Assembly: GCA_030390025.1 (NCBI GenBank)
Contig: CM059432.1
Location: 82,834,001-82,898,000, forward strand
Direction of reading: 5' to 3'
Length of the DNA: 64,000 bases
DNA from: Squalus acanthias
Taxonomy: Eukaryota
The notes beneath the pieces were generated by a model. The model was given only the letters and a program-made list of their open reading frames with translations, ran no database searches and had not been told where the DNA came from. How positions within the stretch are numbered: position 1 is the stretch's first letter; the number at the start of each line of letters is the position of its first letter. The translations under genes and the position numbers were made by a program. Shown one piece after another: positions 1-12,110 of this stretch.

Positions 1-504
1 CTCTTTCACAGCAACTGCCATGTGGTGAAAGGCTTGTCAATGACTCAAATGATCGTGGATGGTCTGAATGCAATCTTCTTTAAAAGTCCCCTGAGGTCTG
101 TATCCATATCTTCATCAGCTGAGGGTGGAAGTGAACTGACCTTCCATGTCAGGTTCCTACTCCTCCTGTGCTACCGCCTTCTGCTCCTGCTCATTCAAGC
201 TGTGGGTATCATCCAGTGCACTCTCCTCATTAGCAATACCCCCAGGGTGGATGTACCTGTGCCACTACTTTGCAGGATTAGATTGCGGAACACAGGGTAC
301 TGTAAGGTGTAAGGTTCTTCCAGGTCACTGGCCCTTGACTCAGCTTCATGTGGCACACACAGCAATAGGAACAAGTGTTACAATGGTGGCAACTTGAGAT
401 GTTGCATTCTGCTGAACAGGAATCACTTGTGATCAGGTGCCCCATATGTCAAGATGGCCAGCACTTGTATCACCTCTTTGTGTTCTCGACACCAATACAA
501 CTTT

Positions 505-931
505 GTCAGAAGGTTGTGGGTTTAAGTCCCACTCCAGGGACTTGAGCAAAAAAATCTAGACGGACACTCCAGTGCAGTGCTGAGGGAGTGCTGCACTGTC
601 GGAGGTGTCATCTTTCAAATGAGACGTTAAACCGAGGCCCTGTTTGCTCTCTCAGGTGGACATAAAAGATCCCATGGCACTATTTTGAAGAGGAGCTGGG
701 GAATTATCCCCCGTGTCCTGGCCAATATTTATCCCTCAACCAATATAATTAAAACAGATTATCTGGTCATTATCACATTGCTGCTTGTGGGAGCTTGCTG
801 TGCGCAAATTAGCTGCCACATTTCCGGCATTGCAACAGTGACTACACTTCAAAAAGAACTTCATTGGCTGTAAAGCGCTTTGGGACATCCGGTGGTCGTG
901 AAAAGCGCTATATAAATGCAAGTCTTTCTTT
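505..931 (+). mobile_element. DeuSINE (SacSINE1/AmnSINE1-like), 5' head partly missing
   Basis: B-box-like ggtttaagtcc, Deu domain (tgagacgttaaaccgaggccc...aaagatcccatggcact...ccccgtgtcctggccaa) and L2-type tail (aagcgctttggg...gcgctatataaatgcaagt). Confidence 0.85.
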
Positions 932-1019
932 CTAAAGACAGCTCAGTGCTCCTGTGCACCTTTATTGTTAAGTTCACACTTATCATAAGCCTGTGTCTCT
1001 CCTCCCTGAAGGTCTGTCC

Positions 1020-1747
1020 CTGGAACACAGGAACGGGAGTAGGCCATTCTGCCCCTCGAGCCTGTTCAACCATTCAATTAGATCATGGTTGATCTGTACC
1101 TTAACTCCATCTACCCGCCTTGGTTCCATATCCCTTAATAAAGTTACCAAAGAAAAATCTATCAAACTCAGTTTTGAAATTTTTGATTGACCTAGCCTCA
1201 ACATCTTTTTGGGGGAGAGAGTTCCAGATTTTCACTACCCTTTGTGTGAAGAAGTGTTTCCTGACATCCCCCCTGAACAGACGTGCTCTAATTTTAAGTT
1301 TATGCCGTCTTGTTCTGGACTCCCCCACCGGAGGAAAGAGTTTATCTACCCTATCTAATCCTTTAATCATCTTAAATACCTCAATTAGAAAACCTCTTAA
1401 TTTTCAATACACAAGGGAATACAAGCCTAGTCTATGCAACCTGGCCTCATAATTTAACCCTTTTACCCCTGGTACCATTCTGGTGAATCTGCACTGCAAT
1501 TCAAGGCCAATATATCCTTCCTGTGGTTAAGTGCCCAGAACTGAACGCAGTACTCTAAACGGGGTCTAACCAGAGCTTTATGTAACATAACTTCCACCTG
1601 TTTATATTCCAGCCCTGTTGAGATAAAGGCCAACATTTAATTACAACAACAACTTGCATTTATATAACACCTTTAATATAGTAAAACGTTAGCCTTTTAA
1701 ATTATTTCTTGTACCCGTCCACTAGCTTAGTGATTTCTGTACTTGGA
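1020..1747 (-). mobile_element. CR1 LINE 3' fragment
   Basis: ORF2 C-terminus (KGLDRVD...RKHFFTQRVVKIWNSLP...FKTEFDRF) and CR1 3' tail. Confidence 0.9.
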
Positions 1748-2234
1748 TGAGCGCAGATCCAACAACACTCAAGAAGCTCCACACCATCCAGGACAAAGTA
1801 GCCCACTTGATTGGCACCCCATCTACCACCTTAAACATCCACTCATCCACCACCGGCGTACCGTGGCTGCAGTGCGTACCATCTACAAGATGCACTGCAG
1901 CAACTCACCAAGACTTCTTCGGCAGCACCTCCCAAACCCGTGACCTCTTCCACCTAGAAGGACAAGGGCAGCAGGCGCATGGGAACACCACCACCTCCAA
2001 GTTCTCCTCCAAGTCGCACACCATCCTGACTTAGAAGTATATCGCCGATCCTTCATCGTCGCTGGGTCAAAATGCTGGAGCTCCCTCCCTAACAGCACTG
2101 TGGGAATACCATCACCACACGGACTACAGCGGTTCAAGAAGGTGGCTCACCACCACCTTCTCAAGGGCAACTAGGGATGGGCAATAAATGCTGGCATTGC
2201 CAGCGATGCCCACATCCCATAAACGAATAAAAAA
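1745..2234 (+). mobile_element. CR1-clade LINE 3' fragment (second family)
   Basis: MSADPTTLKKLHTIQDKVAHLIG...HHRRTVAAVRTIYKMH and a gaataaaaaa tail. Same family as 16695-17975. Confidence 0.85.
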
Positions 2235-3889
2235 CAGTATTAAGTTTTGTCCTAGTCTATAGAAATGATTGAAAATGATTGGGATTCAGGAACTAGGGAG
2301 AAACTCATTATTCTCTCCACAACAAAATAATGCTATTTTCTGAATAAATTTAAATACATTGCATTTTGTTTCAGAAAAGTTATTGCTGCTGCTTGGAGCC
2401 CTCATTGTGTGCCTTGCTCAGAAGCCTCAATGTCACTTGACTTATGGAGTCCTTCCCCTTCTGAAGCTCGCAATACTTTCAGGTTGGAGCAGTTTTGCTT
2501 TTCATACAGAAGGACATTAGGAGGATAATGTTTGCACAGATGACAGTTTAGATCATAAAGGTTTAGATTAAAAGGGGCCGATCAGCCCACTGCACCTGTG
2601 CCAGTAGCAGCTCTTGAACTGGAGCTAACTACTGCGATTGATTTCTGTCCTTTCTCCTTTATATTCTTCCTTTTCAAATACTTATACTCTTTCCTTTAAA
2701 ATTATGTTATAGTCCTTGCCTGAAAATGATGTTATAATCTTTCATAACTGCTCACAATACTCATCACTTTCTTGTTTTTACAATCAGTGTTCTAAAAATA
2801 AAAAAACAGCATTTCATTGCCTTTTTGATGGTCTTTTCTACCTGGACCCTCACCTTTAAACATCTATGCAAATTCTCTCTCAATTTTACTGTTCTTTTTC
2901 TCAAAGATTTTCCTCAGAGACGGCAATGTCCTGAATTTGGTATCTTCAGAAAAGTTCCACATCACTCCTCCAATTATTGCGTTCCCCACTACCAGTGCCC
3001 CCCTAGCATCAAACTCCATAGGACCATGGTCCACTTAGTTCCCGCTAACGCGCTTTTTCTTTTAAGAAATAGCCACCAGAAACTGATTTTCAACCAACAC
3101 ATCACATCCAAAACCAAAGGAGTTGACTAATTCCAGGCCTAATGGGATCCCACCTGGACTGTCCTACTCCTGTTGACATCTTTTGGCTCCATTTCCTTTC
3201 ATTGGTATCTTCTCTGGGCATACCCATACTATGGAATGTCTGGTCTAAAATTTCTCCTCCCCTTAGGAATAACATACTGCACGGAGATACTTCTCAAATT
3301 TAACAATTCGCTGCTCGAGAGTAGTGATTCATTGAGAATTTGCGCAAGTGTCTTCATCCTGTGCACTGCTCAGGTATTCATACTCATTCAAGATCCTATT
3401 GAAGTTTTTCTGGCCATTAACTCATGCAGGGACATACCTAATTTACAATATGGATTTTTCCATATATTACTGTTATTTAACAAACATAGACAAGTAGAAT
3501 GAGAGATCAAGCTTACAGATTAGAGAACAAACCTCTTACTTCAAATTGAGTGCAACCCTGATTACAGTGCTGCTTTCATTCATTACTGCTAATGAGTGGA
3601 TGCATCTTAAGGATTGTGTTGTAGAAAAACCTGGGGATCCTATTCTGTCCAGGATCAAACAAAGTTTCAGCATCTTCAAAAGCCTTCTCAAATAAACCAT
3701 GGTCAACATCAACAATAACTCATTAATTGAAGGACAATACAGATCCAGACAGTTGGGATTTGTTAGAATAAAATAGACAGATTGCATTTACTAGTTACAA
3801 GGATGGGGCAGGGCCCCACTTTTAGAACTTTTCCAAGAGATTAAACTGTGGTACTTAGCTATGTAGTGCTCAATCTCTAGTTTGTGCAG

Positions 3890-5922
3890 AGCCCACTTTC
3901 CCACCCAATCCCAATATCCCTCGACTCCCCTAGAGTCCAAAAATCGATCGATCTCTGCCTTGAATGTACTCAACGACTGAGCCTCCACAGCCCTCTGGGG
4001 CAGAGAATTCCAAAGATTCACAACCCTCAGTGAATCAATTTCTCCTCATCTCAGTCTTAAATGGCCGACCCCTTATCCTGAGACTACATCCCCTAGTTCT
4101 AGACTCTCCAGCCAGGGGAAGCAGCCTCTCAGCATCTACACTGTCAAGTCCCCTCAGAATCTTATATGTTTCACTGAGATCACCTCTCATTCTTCTAAAC
4201 TCCAGAGAGTATAGGCCCAATCTACTCAATCTCTCCTCATAGGACAACCTCTCATCCCAGGAATCAATCTAGTGAACCATCATTGCACCCCCTCTAAGGC
4301 AAGTATATCCTTCCTTAGGTACGAAGACCAAAACTGTGCACATTAGTCCAGTGTGGTCTCACCAAAGCCCTGTACAATTGCAGCAAAACTTCCGTACTCT
4401 TGTACAACCACCTTGGAATAAAGGCCAACATACCATTTGCCTTCCTAATTGCTTGCTGTACCTGCATGTTAACACTGTGTTTCGTGTGAAAGGACACCCA
4501 AATCCCTCTGAACACCAACATTTAGCAGTTTCTCCCCATTTAAAAAATATTTTTTTCTATTCTTCCTACCAAAGTGAATAACCTCACATTTCCCCACATT
4601 ATATTCCATCTGCCAACTTCTTGCCCACTCACTTAACCTGTCTATATCCCATTGCAGATGCTTTGTCCTTCTCACAGCTTACTTTCCCACCTAGCTTTGT
4701 ATTGTCAGCAAACTTGGATACATCACACTCGGTCCCTTCATCTAAGCCATTAATATAGATTGTAAATAGCTGAGACCCCAGTACTGGTCCTTGCAGCACC
4801 CGAGTAACAGCCTGCCAATCTGAAAATGACCTGTTTATTCCTACTCTCTGTTTTCTGTCCTTTAACCAATCCTCTATCCATGCTAATATATTACCAACTC
4901 CATGAACACTTATCAATTTTTCGTATGGCACCTTACTGAATGCCTTTTGAAATCCAAAATATACTACATCCACTGGTTCCTCTTTAATCTACCCTGCGAG
5001 TTACATCCTCAAAAATTAATAGATTTGTCAAACACATTTCCCCTTTCATAAAACCATGTTTACTGTGTCTAATCAGGTTATGATTTTCTAAGTGCCCTAT
5101 TACCACATCCATAATAATGGATTCCAGCATTTTCCCGATGACTGGTGTCAGGCTAACTGGCCTGTAGTTCAGTTTTCTCTCTCCCTCCTTTCTTGAATAG
5201 TGGCGTTACATTTGCGATCTTCCAACATTTGGAACATCACAACCAATGCATCCACTATCTCTGCAGCCACCTCTTTTAGAACCCTAGGATGTAGGTCATC
5301 AGGTCCAGGGGATTTGATGGCTTTTAGTCCCATTAATTTCTCCAGTACTTTTTCTTTACTAATATTAATTACTTTGAGTTCCTCACTCTCATTAGACACT
5401 TGGTTCCCCACTATTTCTGGTATTTTTTTGTGTCTTCTACTGTGAAGAGATACAAAATATTGGTTTAACATCGCTGCCATTTTCTTATTCCCCATTATAG
5501 TTTCTCCTGTCTCAGCCATTAAGGGATCAACATTTACTTTTGCTACTCTCTTCCTTTGTAAGAGCTCTTCAAGTATGTAAAATCTGGTTTTATATTTCTT
5601 GATAGTTTACTCTCATTCTATTTCTCCCTCTATCAATTTGTTGGTCATCCTATACCAATTTGTATGCGGTTCAGGAAGTAAACCAGAGATCACCACCTTT
5701 GAAGTTCTGCTTATTAATTTGGACCCTAACTCCTCAAACTCCCACAGCAGAAGCTCATTCCTAGTTCTACCTATGTCATTGGCTCCTATGTGGACCACAA
5801 CAACTGGATCCTCCCTCTCCCACTCCAAGTTCTTCTCCAACCGCGAGGAGATATCCTTAAACCTGGCACCGGGCAGGCAACACAGCCTTTGGCACTCCCG
5901 GTCGCGGCTGCAGAGAACAGAA
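3890..5922 (-). mobile_element. CR1 LINE, internally deleted: degenerate ORF2 RT plus ORF1 esterase fragment
   Basis: RT motifs (KSPGPDDLHPRVLKE, FQKAF, QGPVLGSQLFTIYING, FADNTKLGG). 5660-5922 encodes CLPGARFKDI...VVVHIGANDIG...VVISGLLP (SGNH-esterase ORF1). Confidence 0.9.
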
Positions 5923-6074
5923 TAAAACCCAAGCAAGGAGTTAACTTTAGCAGGGAAGAAAATTGGAGGGAAAATATAGTTGATTAGCATTTTCTTTCCC
6001 CTCCAATAAAGTTTTTTTTTAATTGCATAGTCTAAGGACTCCGATTTATTTTTAGAATAACAGGGCTCATCTGA

Positions 6075-6430
6075 CTGAGCTGGTTTATGCACCGAGTGGT
6101 TGAGCTAAACCAACCAGGAAGGTCCAGGTTCAATCCTGGTGTGCGGAGTTGGTTAATCACAGCTAGGGTGCTTCAATTGGCCTTTGTACGGTCAAGTTAG
6201 GCCAGAGAAAATTCATCCAACCCCTCCCTGCTGGAAGTGTATGTGTGTGTGTGTGTGTGGATGTCATAGAATCACAGGTCAGAAGGAGGCCATTTGGCCC
6301 AGCATGTCTGCACCAGCTCTTTGAAAGAGCTATCCAAATAGTCCCACTCCCCTGCTCTTTGCCCATAGCCCTGCAAGTTTCTCCTTTTGTCGGGTGAGGA
6401 CAGGATTGGATTTAGTTCTGATGCCTCAGA
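6075..6430 (+). mobile_element. tRNA-derived SINE (family B) interrupted by a CR1 3' tail at ~6265-6390
   Basis: accaggaaggtccaggttcaatcc B-box head and gggtgaggacaggattgg body, shared with the copies at 34940 and 48720. Confidence 0.7.
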
Positions 6431-6435
6431 CATTG

Positions 6436-6601
6436 TGGGTATTTTTCATTTTGCACAGATTGAAAACTGACTTGCAGATCGGCTTTTGCCATTATATACC
6501 CAGTTCGATTTTCCAGTGAAGTCAATGGAAAGGAAAATTAGGTGCCGTGTACACACAGGGCGCACGATTTGCTGCCAGTGCCCAAAGTGGAAATTATCCC
6601 C
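6436..6601. mobile_element. Small palindromic MITE
   Basis: Imperfect TIRs gggtatttttcatttt / aagtggaaattatccc and central palindrome tttccagtgaagtcaatggaaa. Confidence 0.45.
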
Positions 6602-7911
6602 TCTCAGTCAAGGTTCACGAATCAGCACTTATGGAAAGAAGGAAATTAGTGAGGAAGGGGACAAAATCTCTTTACATAGTGTATGCACTATTATGCAGTG
6701 TTTTGCTATATAAAAAAACAATAAAAATGAAAGCTTAAGAAAAAGAGTTGACCTGGCACTACAACACAACTACATCAGCAGACTGCTAATTAGGAAACCC
6801 GAAGCTGTATTTTAGGTCTGACTGGCATTTACACTTCAAACTCGCTGCAGGAGAAACTCAGTCTATTACAGACTGTTTGTTACCAGGAGGCAATTTGACC
6901 AAGGAACAGAACTGAGTGTCTGTAGAACATGTTCATTGGTTGGATTGTCTCATCATCCTAGCCACTCAGAATAGGATGAATACGGTTAACTCATAGTTCA
7001 CAGTTGGGACTGCAAGAGCTGCTCCTCTCGCACCACTCGTCACACTATGGTAGTCAAGCACTGAAGGAGTGGGCTGTTATTCTAGACGTGTCTGAGACAT
7101 GGATCAGATTCAAATATTTACATGAAAATGGCACAATTTGATGCATTCCCCAATTCTATTAACTAGGGTTGTTCCAAGGGCCCACATGACAAGGGTTCAT
7201 AATTGTATTTGGACTAAGGTGAACTTACCTCATTCGTTGATCTTACTCAGCTTTACCGCTACAATTCTGGTTTTCATGGGGTCAATAGAAGCATCTTTCC
7301 GTTACACACTTTATAGGGACAAAGTAACTATTTTATTAACCGTAGCAAAAAAGTATCAATTACTGGTTCCTCCAGTGAAGACAGGGAATTTCACTTCCCC
7401 ATAACTTTCCTTTCGGATACTTAGTCTCTGTGTCTGTTATTCTCCAGTTCTGTTTGCTTATGGTGCATTCTCACTTACTCCAGCAGCTTCTGGACTGTAC
7501 CAGTTGCATGCTTTTCGCATCAGCACCACTTCAACAGCTGATCAACATGATTACTGTACACAAATGTTCTCCGCTGCCCTGGTTCCTGAACAGTTGAACA
7601 ATGTGCATTCAGCAACTTCACAAGATTGAAGAAATAAATCAGATCTGTGTAAGACTTGTGTGACTGGATTGGAAGCTGCTAGATTCAGGGATGCCCATCA
7701 CTGCAGATATCTTAAGGCAGGCCTTTGTGTGCATGTACTGGTTGGAGCAAAGAACAGGGAATTTTTAAATAATATTAATGGTCAACATATTTCCATGTTA
7801 AGTTTGTATAATGTTCCCATCAAAATCTCATGTTTCCTTTTGTGCAACATTCATGTGTAAACTTTGTTGCATTTTCTCTAAAAAAAAATGTAAAATTCAA
7901 AGGAATTAAAT

Positions 7912-7945
7912 TTTATTAAACATCGCAATAACAGGATTCTTTATT
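7912..7945 (-). terminator. Distal polyadenylation signals (two AATAAA)
   Basis: tttatt on + at 7912-7917 and 7940-7945. The A-run at about 7880-7888 is a U-rich downstream element on the transcript. Confidence 0.65.
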
Positions 7946-10900
7946 TACAACAGCATTATTTAACATCAAGTAAGCAAATGACATCAGCAAAAGCAATATT
8001 AGTTAACAACTTGCATAAATGTATTTTTAATTTCTTTGAATATACCTAAATTGGCATAAAATGCTCACAATAAGGATACAAACATGGATGGCAGAAGAAG
8101 AAAAAAAAGGTGTTTAGTGTGAACTAAAAAAATACATCTCTGAACTTGCAACACTGTAAGCCTTCTGCTGAAGAACCTTACTTTACATATTGCTTAGAAT
8201 TTGCAACTCGTCAATATACACCTCAGAGACTTGGGGAAAAAAACATTTTACAAATAGTGACCCACTACTGACCACAAAGGAACAAAATATCAAAAAAACT
8301 AAGCAATAACCATGGGTCCATATTGCAATTAGGGCAACCATTATTTCTATTTATCTGACAGGAAAAAAAATTAATAACTGATGACACATCCAAAAATTTT
8401 ACACAATTCACTATACAAACAATATAATACAACAAACAGCTGCTAGGAATATACAAGACATAAAAACATATCTAAGGCATTATGCTAAGTTTATAGCATT
8501 TGAGGTTCCTGCACTGTACTAAGAAATTGACAGATTTTACAAAACAAGTTCAAGCTCTAAATGAAAAAAGTAGACGGGGTTTGCCTATCAAATTGAAAAT
8601 CCATAGAATAGTTTGTGCAGAGAGTGTGTCTGCATCCAGTCAACAATCAGTTGTGTAGAAATACTATAAAATGATGTTGAACCACACCAACACACCATGG
8701 CTTAGCTGTATTTTAAAATCAACTCAGTGAAATCTTTGGATTTTGCAAACGGAGCTGCATAGCCCTGCTTGTCTGCAATGTACAGCATTACAATACATAG
8801 CTCTTAATGTTAATCTTGCATCATTACTTTAAATCTGTTAGAGGAAAATGTTATAGATTGAACATAATGCAATCAGAGAGATGTTGCTTCCCAATGAAAG
8901 TAGCTCCCATGCGCCCTCTCTTTCCAAGAGAATAGACCTTGATGCATTCAAATCTATAGAAGATATAAATTGGGGTTACACTATACAGAGCTTAAATGAC
9001 CATATGACACACACCTACCCCGCTCCACCCAGATTTTGTTTTAAAAAGCTTTTGGCTCTGTAGGCAACTGCACAGTGGTTATCATTTGCACAATTCCAAC
9101 AGTGTCACATCCAATTGTAAACCATATCTATCAAGTTAAAGCAGAGATATAAAATAGGGTAAATACAGAAAAATTGTTAGGTTATTACATAATGTTCCCA
9201 TAGACACAAATGCAAAGGTCTAGGCTCTAAAGTCCACAAATTAAATGCCTGCATTTCAGAAAACTTTCCTAATTCACAGCAGTATTTACATAAAGCTATA
9301 TCATACCAAAGCAGTCTGAAACACAATGATGTCATTTGAACACACAGAAAGAATACAGTTCTTTATCAACTGAACGATCTGTAGCTGTGAGATGTGGCAG
9401 CACTCCTTCCTAAAAGCAACTGTTGAGGCAAAAACAGGTCTGTATTCAGTCTCTGTACAGTGATCAATATGATCAGCGTGGGTTTTGGGCCTTAAATGAC
9501 AGCATGTTCCATGTAGCCTGACACACAAATACAAAGGCATCAGGAAAGGACCCTATAACAGCTTGATAAACTAACTATGTAAGAAAGCACCTGCTTCCAA
9601 CCTATTCACAAAGTCTTTTTAGTCATACTGTTAGACTGAGAGAAACTATGCAGACCAGAGTAGCAGTTTGTTGGGGGTTTTGGCATGATATTTGCACATT
9701 TTGGGAAACTAAAAATGGTTGCTCAATATCTATCAGAGAAGAGCCAGTTCACTCACTGGCCACACAAATGCTACTGAAACAGACTTGTTAGCTACTTATC
9801 AAGGCATCATGATTCTTTATTTACAAAATAAAAGAGAGATTCACTGCTGCCAAGGTATCTAATGTAATACTGTAGTACCTCACTTTGAACCAGCAGCTTA
9901 AGAACTTCACTTCATCAAAATTCGACAAGTATGTAAAACATATGCTCTCAAGTAAAAGTTATTGCTTAGCTACATACATCAGACTCTTATATACCCAACT
10001 GCTTTCCAAAAGTCATCCTGTCCTAATTTACAAAATACTGTACCATATGAAAATGTTATGGCTGTTTGCTGTATGTTATTTGTGGTGACATCTGATCCTA
10101 GACCTGCAGCATTTTGCATCTGGAAACTGTCACTGACTTTAGGAAATAGTAATGAAGCACTAGGTTTCTGTAGCTTACAAAAAAAGTCTGTCCTCTCTGA
10201 TCCCACAGCACTGTAAAGCTGCAATGAACAATAAGCTATTTAGAACAGCAAGCTTGAACAGCCCATAATATCTTAATTTTTTTTATGGCTCACAAGTGTT
10301 ACTATCCCATGAATGCTTATGCAAGTAAACTCAACTAAACATACCAGTAGCACAGTTGCGAGTGTAAAGATGAAATTCATTAGTTATAGAAAACTTATCA
10401 CACAGGGCTATTGTGTCTGTGTTTATAATTTTTTAGTATGGTATTGAAAATGATGTGGACTAATATACATCGATAAGATAGTGGTGGAGTTAAACTGCTC
10501 AGTAGTGTTTCATTGTTTGATGAATGATCAATTTCAAATGTTTTGACTCATCAGCCCCAATGAAACTGCTGATATTAAAATATTTGGTTTACTGTGCCAG
10601 TAAACTTCACAATTATATATGTTCAACTCTTCAAAGCCAACATTTCAGACTGGCTACAAAATAAATGCAGGATGGCAAAGACCCATACTGAACAGAGGCA
10701 ACACTTAATAGAAACGCATCAAAACCCAAAACAAATTCATGCAGGTCACTAGAATGGCTAGTTTAAATCGGATTTACTCAACATTCTGCATTAGAACAAA
10801 AACCATGTGGCTTGGGACCAGAAAGATTATAAACCGAGGGTAAGTAATGTATTATTGGCTCTATGTACATGAAGGTATTTGCGTCACTTAAATTAATGAG

Positions 10901-11559
10901 GATCTAGTCAAATGCTGATTAATTTTCATGTACATGACTAGGAATTTACAAATGTCTCCAAGAGCACCCTGTGCTTTGCACAGTTCGGTACCATCATCGG
11001 AGGTCAAACCGATTGTTCAGGGGTAGTTATTTAAGAGTGTTAAGAAATTTAAAGAACTCTTTTAGATGAATGTGTTCTAACATTAAATCATTGTGATTCA
11101 GCAATGAATCCAGTTAGCTAGCCTTCACATGATGTTAGCTCAGTTTCAGAAACTCAGCAAAAAGAATAAATTCATCTCATCATTTCTCAAAGTTTCACAA
11201 TTTCTGCACTAGTTCTGGGCTAGTTGACAGTGAACCAATTACTCTTCTGCATCTTCATGCAAATAGAGCCATTATATATTAGTTTCTACAAGTGAACACA
11301 AATAACACATGCTTGCTGCATAAAAACTATACAAAATGGGTAAGCAATGTGCACTAAAAAGGTAGAAGGGAGAGGGGAAATAACTATTAGCCTCGCTTTT
11401 GTTATTTTGTCCCTACAGAATTATTTCAAAGTGCTTATGGTGGAGAAGTACCGGGCAGCTTTCACTGATGCCCCTGAACTCCAGATCACACCTCAGTTTG
11501 GTCTGCGGGAGAAAGTGGCTCACGCTGGAGAGCTGCATGCTGTGCTGTGGTGGTCAGAG

Positions 11560-12110
11560 AAAAGACCAGTTAATGCTGCAAGGTTGCCTGGTCTGCAGAG
11601 ACCAGCTGTTACTCCTGGAAGAGTCTGCCACTGCTGCGAGTGCTGCAAAGTAGCATGGCCTGAGAGAGATCAGTAACTGCTCTGAAGAAGGGGAGGGAGA
11701 GGGAGAGAAGGAAGGAAGCTGGGGGAGGAAATCAGTCCTTAGCTCAAAGGAGGCGAGTTACATTTGTAGGATGGGACCTTTTGTAGAAGAGACCAGCTGC
11801 TGCTATGGGAATAGGAATGTGGACTGGGTGAAAGACAGAACAGTTTCTGCTGTCTCTGCAATGAGGGAAATGGCCATGAGTTCCTGGCTCAGAAGATATC
11901 AGTTGCTTTTGTTGGGTGATGCTGCTGCTACTGGGATTTGGGGGGGGGGGGGGGGGGGGAGGAGGGCGCTTTCCTGAGACAGACCAACTGCCTGAGAGAG
12001 AACGGTTTCTGCCTTTGTTATGTGGGTAGGGTCATTGGTCACTGGCTCAGAAGAAACCAGCTGCTCCTGTGGGAGCCGACGTGGAAACTTGACCAGGGAG
12101 ACCAGTGGGG
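11560..12110. repeat. Degenerate motif array (AGARACCAGYTG-like) with G20 run
   Basis: About 11 related motifs. G20 homopolymer at 11940-11959. Confidence 0.6.

Noticed and set aside
1..400. GC-richer stretch weakly resembling Harbinger ORF2 or LINE sequence
   Set aside because: Truncated by the window edge and too degenerate to assign.
505..560. tRNA gene candidates from A/B boxes (here and at other SINE heads)
   Set aside because: No cloverleaf. All continue into SINE bodies.
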